From Alphaproteobacteria bacterium (lineage in GTDB: Bacteria > Pseudomonadota > Alphaproteobacteria > Rs-D84), in contig JBKSMY010000006.1 in the NCBI GenBank assembly GCA_046882065.1, positions 5,800 through 69,799 on the forward strand: DNA of 64,000 nt, written 5' to 3'. Under the pieces are notes generated by a model. The model was given only the letters and a program-made list of their open reading frames with translations. It was not told the DNA's origin and did not search any database. Positions 10,335-19,161 of the stretch are shown piece by piece. The translations under genes were made by a program, and so were the position numbers. Position 1 is the stretch's first letter, and every line of letters begins with the position of its first letter.

Positions 10335-11954
10335 ATGATTCTGGTATATCATCATATATGCAAAAATTTAACAGATGACAAAAATAGTGTATCTGTTAAA
10401 ACATTCAAGCGACATATGAAATATTTGAAGCTCAACAAATTCCATGTCGTAAGTATGTTGGAATACAATCCAAATGATAAAAAGCATGTGGTATTAAATT
10501 TTGATGATGGCTATAAAGATGTTCTAAACGCATTACCTATATTAAAAAAATATAAATTTCCATTTCATGTATTTATTATTGGCGATTGGATTGGAAAACA
10601 TTGGGCAATAAGTGTACAAGACATTAAAAAAATTGTAAAATCTGGTGGTTTTATTGAATGGCACACAAATACACATCCTGATTTAACAACATGTGATGCA
10701 GAACAATTAAAAAGGGAATTACAGGTTCCAGACCAGATGCGACAGTTGGCACCAAATCATTTTAAATGTGTCGCATATCCGTATTGGAAACACAATAAAA
10801 ATGTTATTGAATATGCTGAAAAGTATTTTAAATTGGCACGTACTGGCAATGGAAACGGAATACCAAATAATCGTTTCGCAATGGAGGCAATAAAAATGAC
10901 AGAAAACATAACATTCGATGACAAAATTGTAAAATATGTTGAAATGGCGGTTCCGACATGGCCGTGTAATTTTAGATGTCAGTACTGTTATGTGGGACAA
11001 CATTACAGCGATATCGAACGTGGAAAAGTTCAGAAATTTGAATACACGCCAGAACAAATAGCGGATGCGCTGTCCAAGAAGCGACTGGGCGGAACCGCTA
11101 TTATGAATTTTTGTGCAAATGGCGAAACGTTAATTTTGCCACAAAATGTAGAACATATTAAGGCAATACTGGGGGTGGGACATTTTGTTATGGTGGTGAC
11201 GAATATGACCCAGACCAAGGCGCTGAAAGAACTATGCGAATTGCCCGCAGAATGGCGCGAAAGATTGTTTTTGAAATGTTCATTTCATTGGATGGAATTA
11301 AAACGCTTGGGGTTACTGGACATGTTTGCGGACAATGTAAATATGTGTTGGAACGCAGGCATCAGTTTTACAATAGAAATCACACCGCACGATGAACTGG
11401 TACCAGAAATTGATGAAATAAAGAAATTCTCGATGGAAAGATTTGGTGCGTTGCCACATATTACTGTTGCGCGCGACGAAAATAATCAGTTTGAACGTTT
11501 GACAGAGTATTCTGTTGATGAATACAATAAAATTTGGGGACAATTTGATTCAGAACTGTTCAGATTTAAAAGTCAAATGTGGAATAAAAAAATACATAAT
11601 TTTTGCTATGTCGGGGATTGGGGATATTCTGTAAATATCGCAGACGGAAATATTTTCAGATGTTCTTCGTACGGACATATTGGCAATTTATTTGAGAGTA
11701 AAAAATTACCTCGAAAACCCGCTTGTACAAAATGCCCACATATTCATTGTTATAATGCGCATGGTTGGCTGGGACTGGGCGGCATGGTGCCAAATATAAA
11801 ATCACCAACATATGCCCAAATGCGGGACCGTGTTCGCAATGACGGAACGCATTGGATATACCCAAGAATGAGATGGGTTTTTGAACACAAAATATCTGAT
11901 AACAATAAAAAATATTCTGGCATAAAAAAATTGATTACTAGATTAAAACGATAA
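10335..11954 (+). CDS. polysaccharide deacetylase (NodB-type) fused to a radical-SAM domain with extra C-terminal Cys cluster
   Basis: Residues ~50-130: VLNFDDGYKD .. HTNTHPDLT are NodB/CE4 motifs. CNFRCQYCYV is the CxxxCxxC radical-SAM motif. C-terminal CSSYG..CTKCPHIHC is a SPASM/twitch-like Cys cluster. Very AT-rich codon usage. Confidence 0.6.
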   Translation: MILVYHHICKNLTDDKNSVSVKTFKRHMKYLKLNKFHVVSMLEYNPNDKKHVVLNFDDGYKDVLNALPILKKYKFPFHVFIIGDWIGKHWAISVQDIKKIVKSGGFIEWHTNTHPDLTTCDAEQLKRELQVPDQMRQLAPNHFKCVAYPYWKHNKNVIEYAEKYFKLARTGNGNGIPNNRFAMEAIKMTENITFDDKIVKYVEMAVPTWPCNFRCQYCYVGQHYSDIERGKVQKFEYTPEQIADALSKKRLGGTAIMNFCANGETLILPQNVEHIKAILGVGHFVMVVTNMTQTKALKELCELPAEWRERLFLKCSFHWMELKRLGLLDMFADNVNMCWNAGISFTIEITPHDELVPEIDEIKKFSMERFGALPHITVARDENNQFERLTEYSVDEYNKIWGQFDSELFRFKSQMWNKKIHNFCYVGDWGYSVNIADGNIFRCSSYGHIGNLFESKKLPRKPACTKCPHIHCYNAHGWLGLGGMVPNIKSPTYAQMRDRVRNDGTHWIYPRMRWVFEHKISDNNKKYSGIKKLITRLKR

Positions 11955-11980
11955 AAACCGGGTTTCCCCGGTTTTTTTAT
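11955..11980. terminator. bidirectional terminator (aaaaccgggtttccccggttttttt)
   Basis: Hairpin between convergent genes ending at 11954 and 11977. Confidence 0.55.
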
Positions 11981-12477
11981 ATGGCGGATTGACCATAAAC
12001 AATCCAATACATATTATGTGAACCAGTTAAATAGGCCTGGATTACCAATGTGGTTGTTGTGCTGCTGTCTGATTTGACGACACCACTGTATGCGCCGGCG
12101 TTGCCTTCGCGACCCACCCATGAAAACCCGCACCAGTATTGATTATTCGCCATTTGTACTGGTAATGAAATGCTGCGTGTTTCACTTGTTAGTTCGTCCA
12201 ACTTTAATCGTCCGCCCATTTCAACCCAGCCACTTTTATATTTCCGGTACCAGGTGTAGTTATTGTCTGCCGTTGGCGTTTGCCAGGCGATGACATAATC
12301 GTATGGGGTCAAATCTGGAATTTCGCTTTGTTTCGCAAGTGTCGTGCCACCGGGTGTTTGCCCGTCGTGGACACGCAAAGTGTTTGCAGTTGTGTCAACC
12401 GTGATTTCACCGGGTGCGCCGGTAAATGTTTCATGTTCGGCCGACGTGCCGCGTCTGAATTGTATCTGTCGTGACAT
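11977..12477 (-). CDS. phage tail-fibre-like protein (conserved tail-fibre N-terminal domain), short
   Basis: MSRQIQFRRGTSAEHETFTGAPGEITVDTTANTLRVHDGQTPGG matches the widespread caudoviral tail-fibre/Mtd-N type N-terminal motif (QxRRGT..GE..D..T..L.VxDG.T.GG). Confidence 0.5.
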   Translation of the reverse strand: MSRQIQFRRGTSAEHETFTGAPGEITVDTTANTLRVHDGQTPGGTTLAKQSEIPDLTPYDYVIAWQTPTADNNYTWYRKYKSGWVEMGGRLKLDELTSETRSISLPVQMANNQYWCGFSWVGREGNAGAYSGVVKSDSSTTTTLVIQAYLTGSHNMYWIVYGQSAI

Positions 12478-12517
12478 TTTTATTCCTTTTTGAGTTTTTT
12501 TTTATACTGGTTAATGT

Positions 12518-12814
12518 ATGAAAAAAATTTTAATTATTTTTTATTGTTTTTTTACACCATTCTTGGCAATGGCTGTATTGCCAGTTGTAAAAACGAATAT
12601 CGAAATTCCGTATAGAATCGCTGTTGATTCCAGCGCAATTTCCAGCATCGGCTTCAAAGACAATGTTTTGGAAATCGAATTTAATTCTGGAAATACATAT
12701 CAATATAATGGTGTTGCCAAGGATACTTTTGAATTTTTTTTAAATTCTGAATCCAAAGGACAGTTTTTTAATCGTTATATCAAAGGTAACTATGATGTTA
12801 TTCGCATTAAATAG
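12518..12814 (+). CDS. KTSC-domain protein with signal peptide
   Basis: The signal peptide is MKKILIIFYCFFTPFLAMA. The KTSC-like core is SSAISSIGFKDNVLEIEFNSGNTYQYNGV..F..FLNSESKGQFFNRYIKG. Confidence 0.5.
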   Translation: MKKILIIFYCFFTPFLAMAVLPVVKTNIEIPYRIAVDSSAISSIGFKDNVLEIEFNSGNTYQYNGVAKDTFEFFLNSESKGQFFNRYIKGNYDVIRIK

Positions 12815-13278
12815 TTCCAATTTTTCATAACATACGTTCTGATGCCATAACCAGGATTATATTTTGGGTATAATTTTTGAAAATCTGCGCTGGCACAATA
12901 TATATCGTCTGATGATATCGCGCCAATTTGCGCCAGATACACCATCGCAATCGACGGAGAACGTGACACACCACAATCACAATGAATTAAAACAGGCATC
13001 GTTTCAATATGTGCAATAATAAACTTAATCGCAGCATCAAATATCGGATTGGTATAAGCCGGGTTAAATTCACATGGCATATCAACCAAATTTAAATATA
13101 GATTTTTTCCATGTTTATAGACTAAATAATCTGGATTGTCGCTACACAGACTGCCTTGGTACCCTAAAACGCGGCGATGACATGTTTTACACGCATGAAT
13201 TATTGCGATATTATCGTGACGATATGACATGCAATCATGCATATCACCGACATACAGGTTATTGTATACTTGTATCAT
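12790..13278 (-). CDS. dual-specificity / Cys-based protein phosphatase (CX5R active site)
   Basis: VLIHCDCGVSRSPSIAMVYL contains the HCxxGxxRS P-loop of DSP/PTP phosphatases. Its 3' end overlaps the convergent KTSC gene by 25 bp. Confidence 0.6.
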   Translation of the reverse strand: MIQVYNNLYVGDMHDCMSYRHDNIAIIHACKTCHRRVLGYQGSLCSDNPDYLVYKHGKNLYLNLVDMPCEFNPAYTNPIFDAAIKFIIAHIETMPVLIHCDCGVSRSPSIAMVYLAQIGAISSDDIYCASADFQKLYPKYNPGYGIRTYVMKNWNYLMRITS

Positions 13279-13288
13279 ATTACATCCA

Positions 13289-13525
13289 TTATTTTATAAC
13301 AGCCCCCTTAATCAGGGTCAGGTCTTCTTTGATATCGTCAATTTTAATCTGAATTTGACCAATGCCCGTTTCCAAAATCGTCGTGCGATTTTCAAGTGAT
13401 GTTATCCGGGTATCAAATGTTTCGTGTTCCGCAACAGATAAGTCTTGGCGGGCAGCCCAATAGACCAACCCACCAATGAACATTATCAAAAACCAACTGT
13501 TGCGCAGAAAGTCCAATGACATCAT
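13289..13525 (-). CDS. small membrane-anchored coiled-coil protein (phage accessory; spanin/holin-like?)
   Basis: N-terminal TM segment (WFLIMFIGGLVYWAA) followed by a helical repeat-like C-terminus. Confidence 0.3.
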   Translation of the reverse strand: MMSLDFLRNSWFLIMFIGGLVYWAARQDLSVAEHETFDTRITSLENRTTILETGIGQIQIKIDDIKEDLTLIKGAVIK

Positions 13526-13725
13526 GATTTGTCCCCCCTGCCCCGCACGATTTGTGATTCTATTTGGCGCACTAAGGCGCGTTGGGATTCAGCCCAGCGC
13601 AATTCCCCGTCCGATGCGTTCGCCCCTAGTGTGCGTTCAATCGTAATCTTGCGCAAATGATCCAAGACCGCACGACCGGACGGTGTGCCAAAACAACGCG
13701 CGTAGTTTAATGATATATCCGTCAT
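13522..13725 (-). CDS. hypothetical phage protein (67 aa)
   Basis: ORF translationally coupled (overlapping stop/start) with flanking phage genes. Confidence 0.3.
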   Translation of the reverse strand: MTDISLNYARCFGTPSGRAVLDHLRKITIERTLGANASDGELRWAESQRALVRQIESQIVRGRGDKS

Positions 13726-14957
13726 AGTTGCCCCCCAAGAACTGTTTCCAATGCCGTCATCTGGGCAATCGGCGCAATGTATTTTAGTTCTGCGTCCCCG
13801 TTCAGACGAATTGGTTCAATCAGCCCACGACGCGCCAATATCTGTAATCCACGGTCGCACAAGGGGCGTATAAATTCATGTAGCAAACGTCCATAGGTTG
13901 CGCCCAAAATACGCATCATATCGGCATTGCGCGCCATAATTTCTGTGGCGGTCATTTCTTTTTCAGACAACAACCCCAGTCGGTCCGCCAACAACGCATG
14001 ACGGATACGTTCGCGCAAATCGCGCAATATCAGTTGCGATACATCAAAGTTCGCACCACTGGTCAATGGGGTCAGACCAGATGAACCAACAGCCTTGGGT
14101 ATAATTGCGCCAGGGGTCAAGTTTATGTTCTGCAGATTGATTACGCCGTCGTCGTCCGCCATCCATATACCAGACACAGCAATTGTTGCATTTTTCAAGA
14201 CCAGTTCAACAACCTTGTTCGCGGTTTTAATGTCTGGCAATGCACGCAGGACCGGACCACGACCGTACAATTCACCAGATGATACCGCCCAGCGGAATAT
14301 AATGTATGGATTCGTTTCAAATGTACCCGTGGAAACAATGTTGTTTTCAATATCACCACCAACGTCCAGCCACGCAACAAAATCCGTTCCAACCAGGCTT
14401 TGTACCAATTTTAACGGGGTTTCAGGGTCGCGCTTTATCGTATCGCGCAGGTTTGCCGGCGGTGTCCATGTTGGGTATTTTTCCAGGACTTCGCGTGCAG
14501 ACATAGATGTTGTGTGGAATACTGCGTTTGGCAATATCGCAATATCTGTCATTGGAATGGCTGTAAATGTAAATGCAGATGATGCACCAATCGGCGATTC
14601 TGACATGAACAAACACGCCGTCCCCAGCACCACTAAGTCCATATAACACTGGTGGATTGTCGTATAAAAATTCGAGTCATTCAAATTCGCACGCAGGACA
14701 GTCGTCGCATAGTCTGCGTTCTGGGACAAATCACTTTCGCCCACCAATTGCAACCACATTGATTCCGGCGGTGTCAACAACGTGTAAATCGATGCCGCCA
14801 GATTGTCTGATGCGTCCATGGCGGTGGCGTCAAACAATGTTGCCGCATCGTCGTCGGCCGTCGGCATGGCATAGCGACGCGCCGCGTCCCAACGCGCAAC
14901 CCAAGGCGCACGCGTATCCAATGCACGTTTATAAAGGTTCTGTAAATTTTGATACAT
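13722..14957 (-). CDS. putative portal protein
   Basis: 411-aa ORF immediately downstream of the terminase-C fragment, which is the canonical TerL-portal order. The size fits; no motif-level proof. Confidence 0.35.
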   Translation of the reverse strand: MYQNLQNLYKRALDTRAPWVARWDAARRYAMPTADDDAATLFDATAMDASDNLAASIYTLLTPPESMWLQLVGESDLSQNADYATTVLRANLNDSNFYTTIHQCYMDLVVLGTACLFMSESPIGASSAFTFTAIPMTDIAILPNAVFHTTSMSAREVLEKYPTWTPPANLRDTIKRDPETPLKLVQSLVGTDFVAWLDVGGDIENNIVSTGTFETNPYIIFRWAVSSGELYGRGPVLRALPDIKTANKVVELVLKNATIAVSGIWMADDDGVINLQNINLTPGAIIPKAVGSSGLTPLTSGANFDVSQLILRDLRERIRHALLADRLGLLSEKEMTATEIMARNADMMRILGATYGRLLHEFIRPLCDRGLQILARRGLIEPIRLNGDAELKYIAPIAQMTALETVLGGQL

Positions 14958-14974
14958 TTTGTTTCCTTTTGGTT

Positions 14975-15859
14975 TTATATCTTGAAATTTGTGTTGGCAG
15001 AAAAGGTTTTTATCGATGTGCCAATTGCACGCACGGGCGTTGGAGTGTCCGTTATCGCGCCCGCGACCGCGTCCAGGCCGTCATCGTGAATGCCGGTTGC
15101 CCCAATCGGAGACCAGCCTAACATTTCCGACAACAGCGGCGTGTTTTGAACACGCGTGTGTGCGTGCAGGCGACCCGTTGATAGCAACGGTTCAATAGCA
15201 TTCAAAATTCGGTCTGATTTTGGTTTATTGTTCTGGATTTTATTTACATATATGTTTGCACCTTGCTTGATTGCACAATCGCGCATAATTTCAGGCAACC
15301 CAACCCCCAGGCCATTTGTTTCGATTGTTATGCGACGCAGTCCACGCGCAGACATAAATTCCAACACCATATCGCATTGGCGCGACAATGGGAACAGTTC
15401 ATCATCAGATACGGTCAGGTATAAAATATCGTGGATAAACACACGGCGCGAATTATCATCACGATACAGCAATACACAGGTACTGCCGTCGCGATGACGA
15501 CGGCCAGTCGCCGGATCCCAATATAATGTCATGCCTGTGATATGAAATTCATCAATCCGTGCAAAACGTGGGTCAAATTCAGTTTCATAAAATTTTAGTC
15601 CCCCCGGGTCCAGGCGGGCGCGTTCAAGCGGTGTGCATTCCAACATCATCTGGGACGAGAAGTGGCGCATACCAACTGTTTCGCGCAATTGTTCTATTCT
15701 TGAAAGCGGGAATAATTCGGGCCACGCGGGCGTCCCATCTGCGTTAACTATCGGAATTTTCAGCAATTTATACCCATGTAAAAAAGGCGTTGAAAAAGCA
15801 TTTTTTTCATATACTATGGGCATAGAAGAAAAGGAATTTGACATGGATTTTACCCCCAA
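14975..15859 (-). pseudogene. terminase large subunit, C-terminal nuclease-domain fragment
   Basis: LYWDPATG .. FIHDI .. IHDDGLDAVAGA are the RNaseH-like TerL nuclease motifs. There is no ATPase domain. The ORF opens with TTG and has no RBS. Its first ATG (CAT 15842-15844) overlaps the divergent dnaB ATG (15843). Confidence 0.6.
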
Positions 15860-17408
15860 AACATTACCAACAAATCTGGAAGCAGAACAGGCAGTATTGG
15901 CTGCGGTACTGATGAATAATCGTGCGTTGGAACGTGTGGGCGAATTCCTGAATTACAAGCATTTTTCACATCCTGCACACCAGGAAATTTATAAACTGGC
16001 CGAAAAGCAATTTGCCGCAGGTATTCCATTCGATATTATTACCGCAAAAAATTATCTGGACCAACAGGGCGTTCTGGAATCTGTTGGTGGCGTGGACTAT
16101 TTAAGCCAATTAACCAGCGCCGGCGCGACCGTCGTTAATGTTGAACAATATGGACGCATCGTTTATGAACATGCGTTGCGTCGTGATTTAATCGCCCTGG
16201 CCCAGGATATTACAGACAAGGCTTTTGTCGAAGATTTAGACAATCCGGTCGCGCGCCAGATTGAAATCGCAGAACAAAAGTTGTTCGATATGGCAACAAC
16301 AGGGACGTCTGAACGCGAACTGACTTCTATTTCAAGCGCGTTGCAAAGCGCCCTGGCTGAGGCAGAAATCGCATACAAAGCCGATGGTCAGTTATCCGGT
16401 CTGACGACGGGATTGAACGCATTGGATAAATCAATTAGTGGGCTGCATCATTCAGATCTGATTATTATCGCAGGACGTCCCGCGATGGGGAAAACCACAC
16501 TGGCAATGAATATCGCGTTCAATGCCGCCCAGGCAATTGCATTTGGTCGCGCAAACCAAAATTACAAGGGCGCAGTTGTGTTTTTCAGCCTTGAAATGTC
16601 GGCGTCCCAGTTGGCGGCGCGTGTGCTGTCATCGCAATCCAAGATTCCTGCAACCGCCATGCGTGAAGGAACACTGACGGATGAAGACTTTCTGAAAATG
16701 TCACAATATTCAGCCGCCATCGGACAGGTGCCGTTATTCATTGATGACACCCCGGGTATGAGTGTGCCAATGATGCGTACGCGTGCACGGCGTCTGGCGC
16801 GTAAACACGGTGGAATCGCGTTGATTGTTATCGACTATCTGCAGTTGATGACATCCCCCGGTGGCAAGCATAGTGACAATCGTGTTCAGGAAATTTCTGA
16901 AATTACACGAGGGCTGAAAATGCTGGCCAAGGAATTAGATGTCCCAGTTATCGCCCTGTCCCAGTTGTCGCGTAGCGTGGAATCGCGCGATGACAAACGA
17001 CCAATGCTGTCCGATTTGCGTGAATCTGGTTCTATTGAACAGGACGCGGACATTGTTATGTTCACATACCGCGAAGAATACTATTTGCAAAATCGTGACC
17101 CGTCTGACCGCATATCGAATAATGTTAATGATAAAATGCATGAATCATGGCAGAGCAGAATGGAACGCGCACGCGGCAAAGCAGATATTATCATCGGCAA
17201 AAACCGTCATGGTCGCCCTGAAACTGTACGCACAGCGTTCTTTGGCGATTACAGTCTGTTCGACAACCTGGACGAATTTGAGGCGCGTGGTGAAAATGAT
17301 TTTGCACAACCTGCACCAACAATTACAGCAGCACAACTGGCAAATGATGTGGATTCTATGCCGACTGCGATTGATCCAGACGCAATTCCAGACGACATGC
17401 CGTTGTAA
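15843..17408 (+). CDS. dnaB: DnaB-family replicative DNA helicase
   Basis: N-terminus LPTNLEAEQAVLAAVLMNN. Walker A is GRPAMGKTTLAMNIAFNAA. Walker B/H4 are IDYLQLM and SQLSRSVE. There is an unusual ~45-aa acidic C-terminal tail. The upstream in-frame extension from 15633 is judged non-coding. Confidence 0.8.
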   Translation: MDFTPKTLPTNLEAEQAVLAAVLMNNRALERVGEFLNYKHFSHPAHQEIYKLAEKQFAAGIPFDIITAKNYLDQQGVLESVGGVDYLSQLTSAGATVVNVEQYGRIVYEHALRRDLIALAQDITDKAFVEDLDNPVARQIEIAEQKLFDMATTGTSERELTSISSALQSALAEAEIAYKADGQLSGLTTGLNALDKSISGLHHSDLIIIAGRPAMGKTTLAMNIAFNAAQAIAFGRANQNYKGAVVFFSLEMSASQLAARVLSSQSKIPATAMREGTLTDEDFLKMSQYSAAIGQVPLFIDDTPGMSVPMMRTRARRLARKHGGIALIVIDYLQLMTSPGGKHSDNRVQEISEITRGLKMLAKELDVPVIALSQLSRSVESRDDKRPMLSDLRESGSIEQDADIVMFTYREEYYLQNRDPSDRISNNVNDKMHESWQSRMERARGKADIIIGKNRHGRPETVRTAFFGDYSLFDNLDEFEARGENDFAQPAPTITAAQLANDVDSMPTAIDPDAIPDDMPL

Positions 17409-17441
17409 TTTATAATTATTTGCTTGCGCAGGGAACAAAAA

Positions 17442-17460
17442 TTGACTATTATTTTGTCAA
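17442..17460 (+). promoter_or_regulatory. inverted repeat TTGAC-N9-GTCAA overlapping a -35-like TTGACT, upstream of repressor gene; candidate operator
   Basis: Palindrome seen directly; RBS aggag and ATG 17486 lie downstream. Confidence 0.3.
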
Positions 17461-17485
17461 GTATTAGTCATTTAGGAGTTTGCCC

Positions 17486-18493
17486 ATGGCCCAAGAAGAA
17501 ATTATATTTCCAAATAATATCCGCAACATTCGTTTGGCTAACGGTATGAAGATGACCGAACTGGCGCGTCGCGCAGGTTTATCTTTGTCTGCTGTTTCCA
17601 AGATTGAAAAAGGTGTTCGCCGACTGAACCAAAAACAGTTGTTGAATATTTGTAATATCCTGGGCTGTAAACTGTCCGATATTTTCATCAAAGAATCCGA
17701 TGATGTCGCAGACCAATGGCAAAGCGAAATCAAACGCCGTATGTCAGACAATGAAAACAGCGGTCTGAAAGTGTTCGGCAGCGGTCTGCGCAAGATTCGC
17801 CAGCAACGCGGAAAAACAATCGCACAGGCAGCAAAAGACGCCGGCATGACATTGTCTGTTTATCATAAAATCGAAGTCGGACAACGTGAAATCTATCAAA
17901 ATGAAATCGAACCATTGGCGCGTTCTTTTGCATTGGGTGCCGAAGAATTGTTCGATAAAATCGCAAGCCTGTATAAATCTGGCGAGTTGAACAAGCACAT
18001 CAGCAAAGTTAAAGAACGTGTAAAATCCGTTCTGATACCGGGCAATCCAATATCTGGTATGGACATGCACGGCGGTTTGTATGGCGCAAAATTGTATGAC
18101 AGCGCACGCAAAAAACTGGTTCCTGTGTTCGGCACACCCGCTGGCAAAGGAATCTCATTTAAAAAATCTGACAAAACAATGATTGTCGCCCCAATGACAT
18201 TAGAAGGACGCGCCGGCATCTATGCCGTTGCACCAAATTCTAAACGTTTGGGTGGTTTTGTGCCTGAAAATTCATATGTGTTTGCGGATTCCATGACCCC
18301 AGCACAGCCAGGCGATTTAGCAGTCGCAATTGATGTGGACTTTGACACATTGGATGGCGATACAACTGTTAATGCACAAATCGTTAGTGTGCGTCAGGAT
18401 TCCAAAGGCAGAGTTTATGGTCAGATGTCTTCACCAGATGAAAAATTGACAGCACAAACTATGCACAAGGTCGTTATGATTGTTATGGAATAA
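17486..18493 (+). CDS. CI/LexA-like repressor: two XRE-type HTH domains plus C-terminal S24-peptidase-like domain
   Basis: Two HTH_XRE-like segments (TELARRAGLSLSAVSKIEKG; IAQAAKDAGMTLSVYHKIEVG). C-terminal FADSMTPAQPGDLAVAIDVD resembles the GDSM..PGDLVVVD autocleavage module. Start moved to the ATG 7 nt after aggag. Confidence 0.6.
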   Translation: MAQEEIIFPNNIRNIRLANGMKMTELARRAGLSLSAVSKIEKGVRRLNQKQLLNICNILGCKLSDIFIKESDDVADQWQSEIKRRMSDNENSGLKVFGSGLRKIRQQRGKTIAQAAKDAGMTLSVYHKIEVGQREIYQNEIEPLARSFALGAEELFDKIASLYKSGELNKHISKVKERVKSVLIPGNPISGMDMHGGLYGAKLYDSARKKLVPVFGTPAGKGISFKKSDKTMIVAPMTLEGRAGIYAVAPNSKRLGGFVPENSYVFADSMTPAQPGDLAVAIDVDFDTLDGDTTVNAQIVSVRQDSKGRVYGQMSSPDEKLTAQTMHKVVMIVME

Positions 18494-18519
18494 TACAAAC
18501 ATACACGGAGAGAGAACCC

Positions 18520-19161
18520 ATGAACGTCAAAACCAGCGCAATCGCATTGAAATTATTAAACCTGTACCGCCAAGAACATGTTATTATTGGTGGCTGGACG
18601 ACTGTTAATCCGATTTTTTTAGCCGAGGCAACTGATGAAGTAATTAAAGAGTTGCGCACAATCCCCACAGGTAAATTATTGGTGCAACATATTGAAAATC
18701 TGCGCAGCGGCAAGACAGCCATGGACACCATAGATTCAGAATTGCTGCCATATGGCGGAATGATGACCGCAGAAGACATAGCAACAATTAAACTGACACC
18801 ATATCAATGGCGCGAACTGGAAGAAGGATTACGCAACTTTACACCAGATCAGGCAGGACTGGACAAATTTATGTCAATGGATGTTGTGCGCGAATTTGGC
18901 GAAGAATGGCAGAATTCTATTCGTTCCACTTTGAACGCACGACCACAATTGTTGGACAAATGGCGCACTGTTAAGCAAACCTATAATGCGTACAGACTGT
19001 GGGATATGGCGAATGAAATTATAGCCGCTCCGATATCCGAACGTAATCGCGCCCAGGTACAGGCCGATATGCCGGAATATGAAACATATTTACCTATGTT
19101 TGGCGACGCAGGTGCAGAATTGTTGACTAAATTACGCACATTTATCAGCAATATTGATTAA
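18520..19161 (+). CDS. hypothetical protein (213 aa)
   Basis: ORF with RBS; its stop overlaps the stop of the terminase-N fragment (convergent). Confidence 0.4.
   Translation: MNVKTSAIALKLLNLYRQEHVIIGGWTTVNPIFLAEATDEVIKELRTIPTGKLLVQHIENLRSGKTAMDTIDSELLPYGGMMTAEDIATIKLTPYQWRELEEGLRNFTPDQAGLDKFMSMDVVREFGEEWQNSIRSTLNARPQLLDKWRTVKQTYNAYRLWDMANEIIAAPISERNRAQVQADMPEYETYLPMFGDAGAELLTKLRTFISNID

Noticed and set aside
13722-14957. Alternative assignment of the 411-aa protein as a T7-like internal core protein, with the 576-aa protein as portal
   Set aside because: The gp11-like gene sits directly upstream of the 576-aa ORF, which favours gp12 for that ORF. Position right after TerL favours portal for the 411-aa ORF. 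Neither assignment is proven.
15633-15842. 210-nt in-frame extension at the 5' end of the dnaB ORF in the track (MHSNIIWDEK..)
   Set aside because: It is antisense to the N-terminus of the terminase nuclease fragment and has no helicase-like sequence. The canonical DnaB N-terminus begins at the ATG at 15843.
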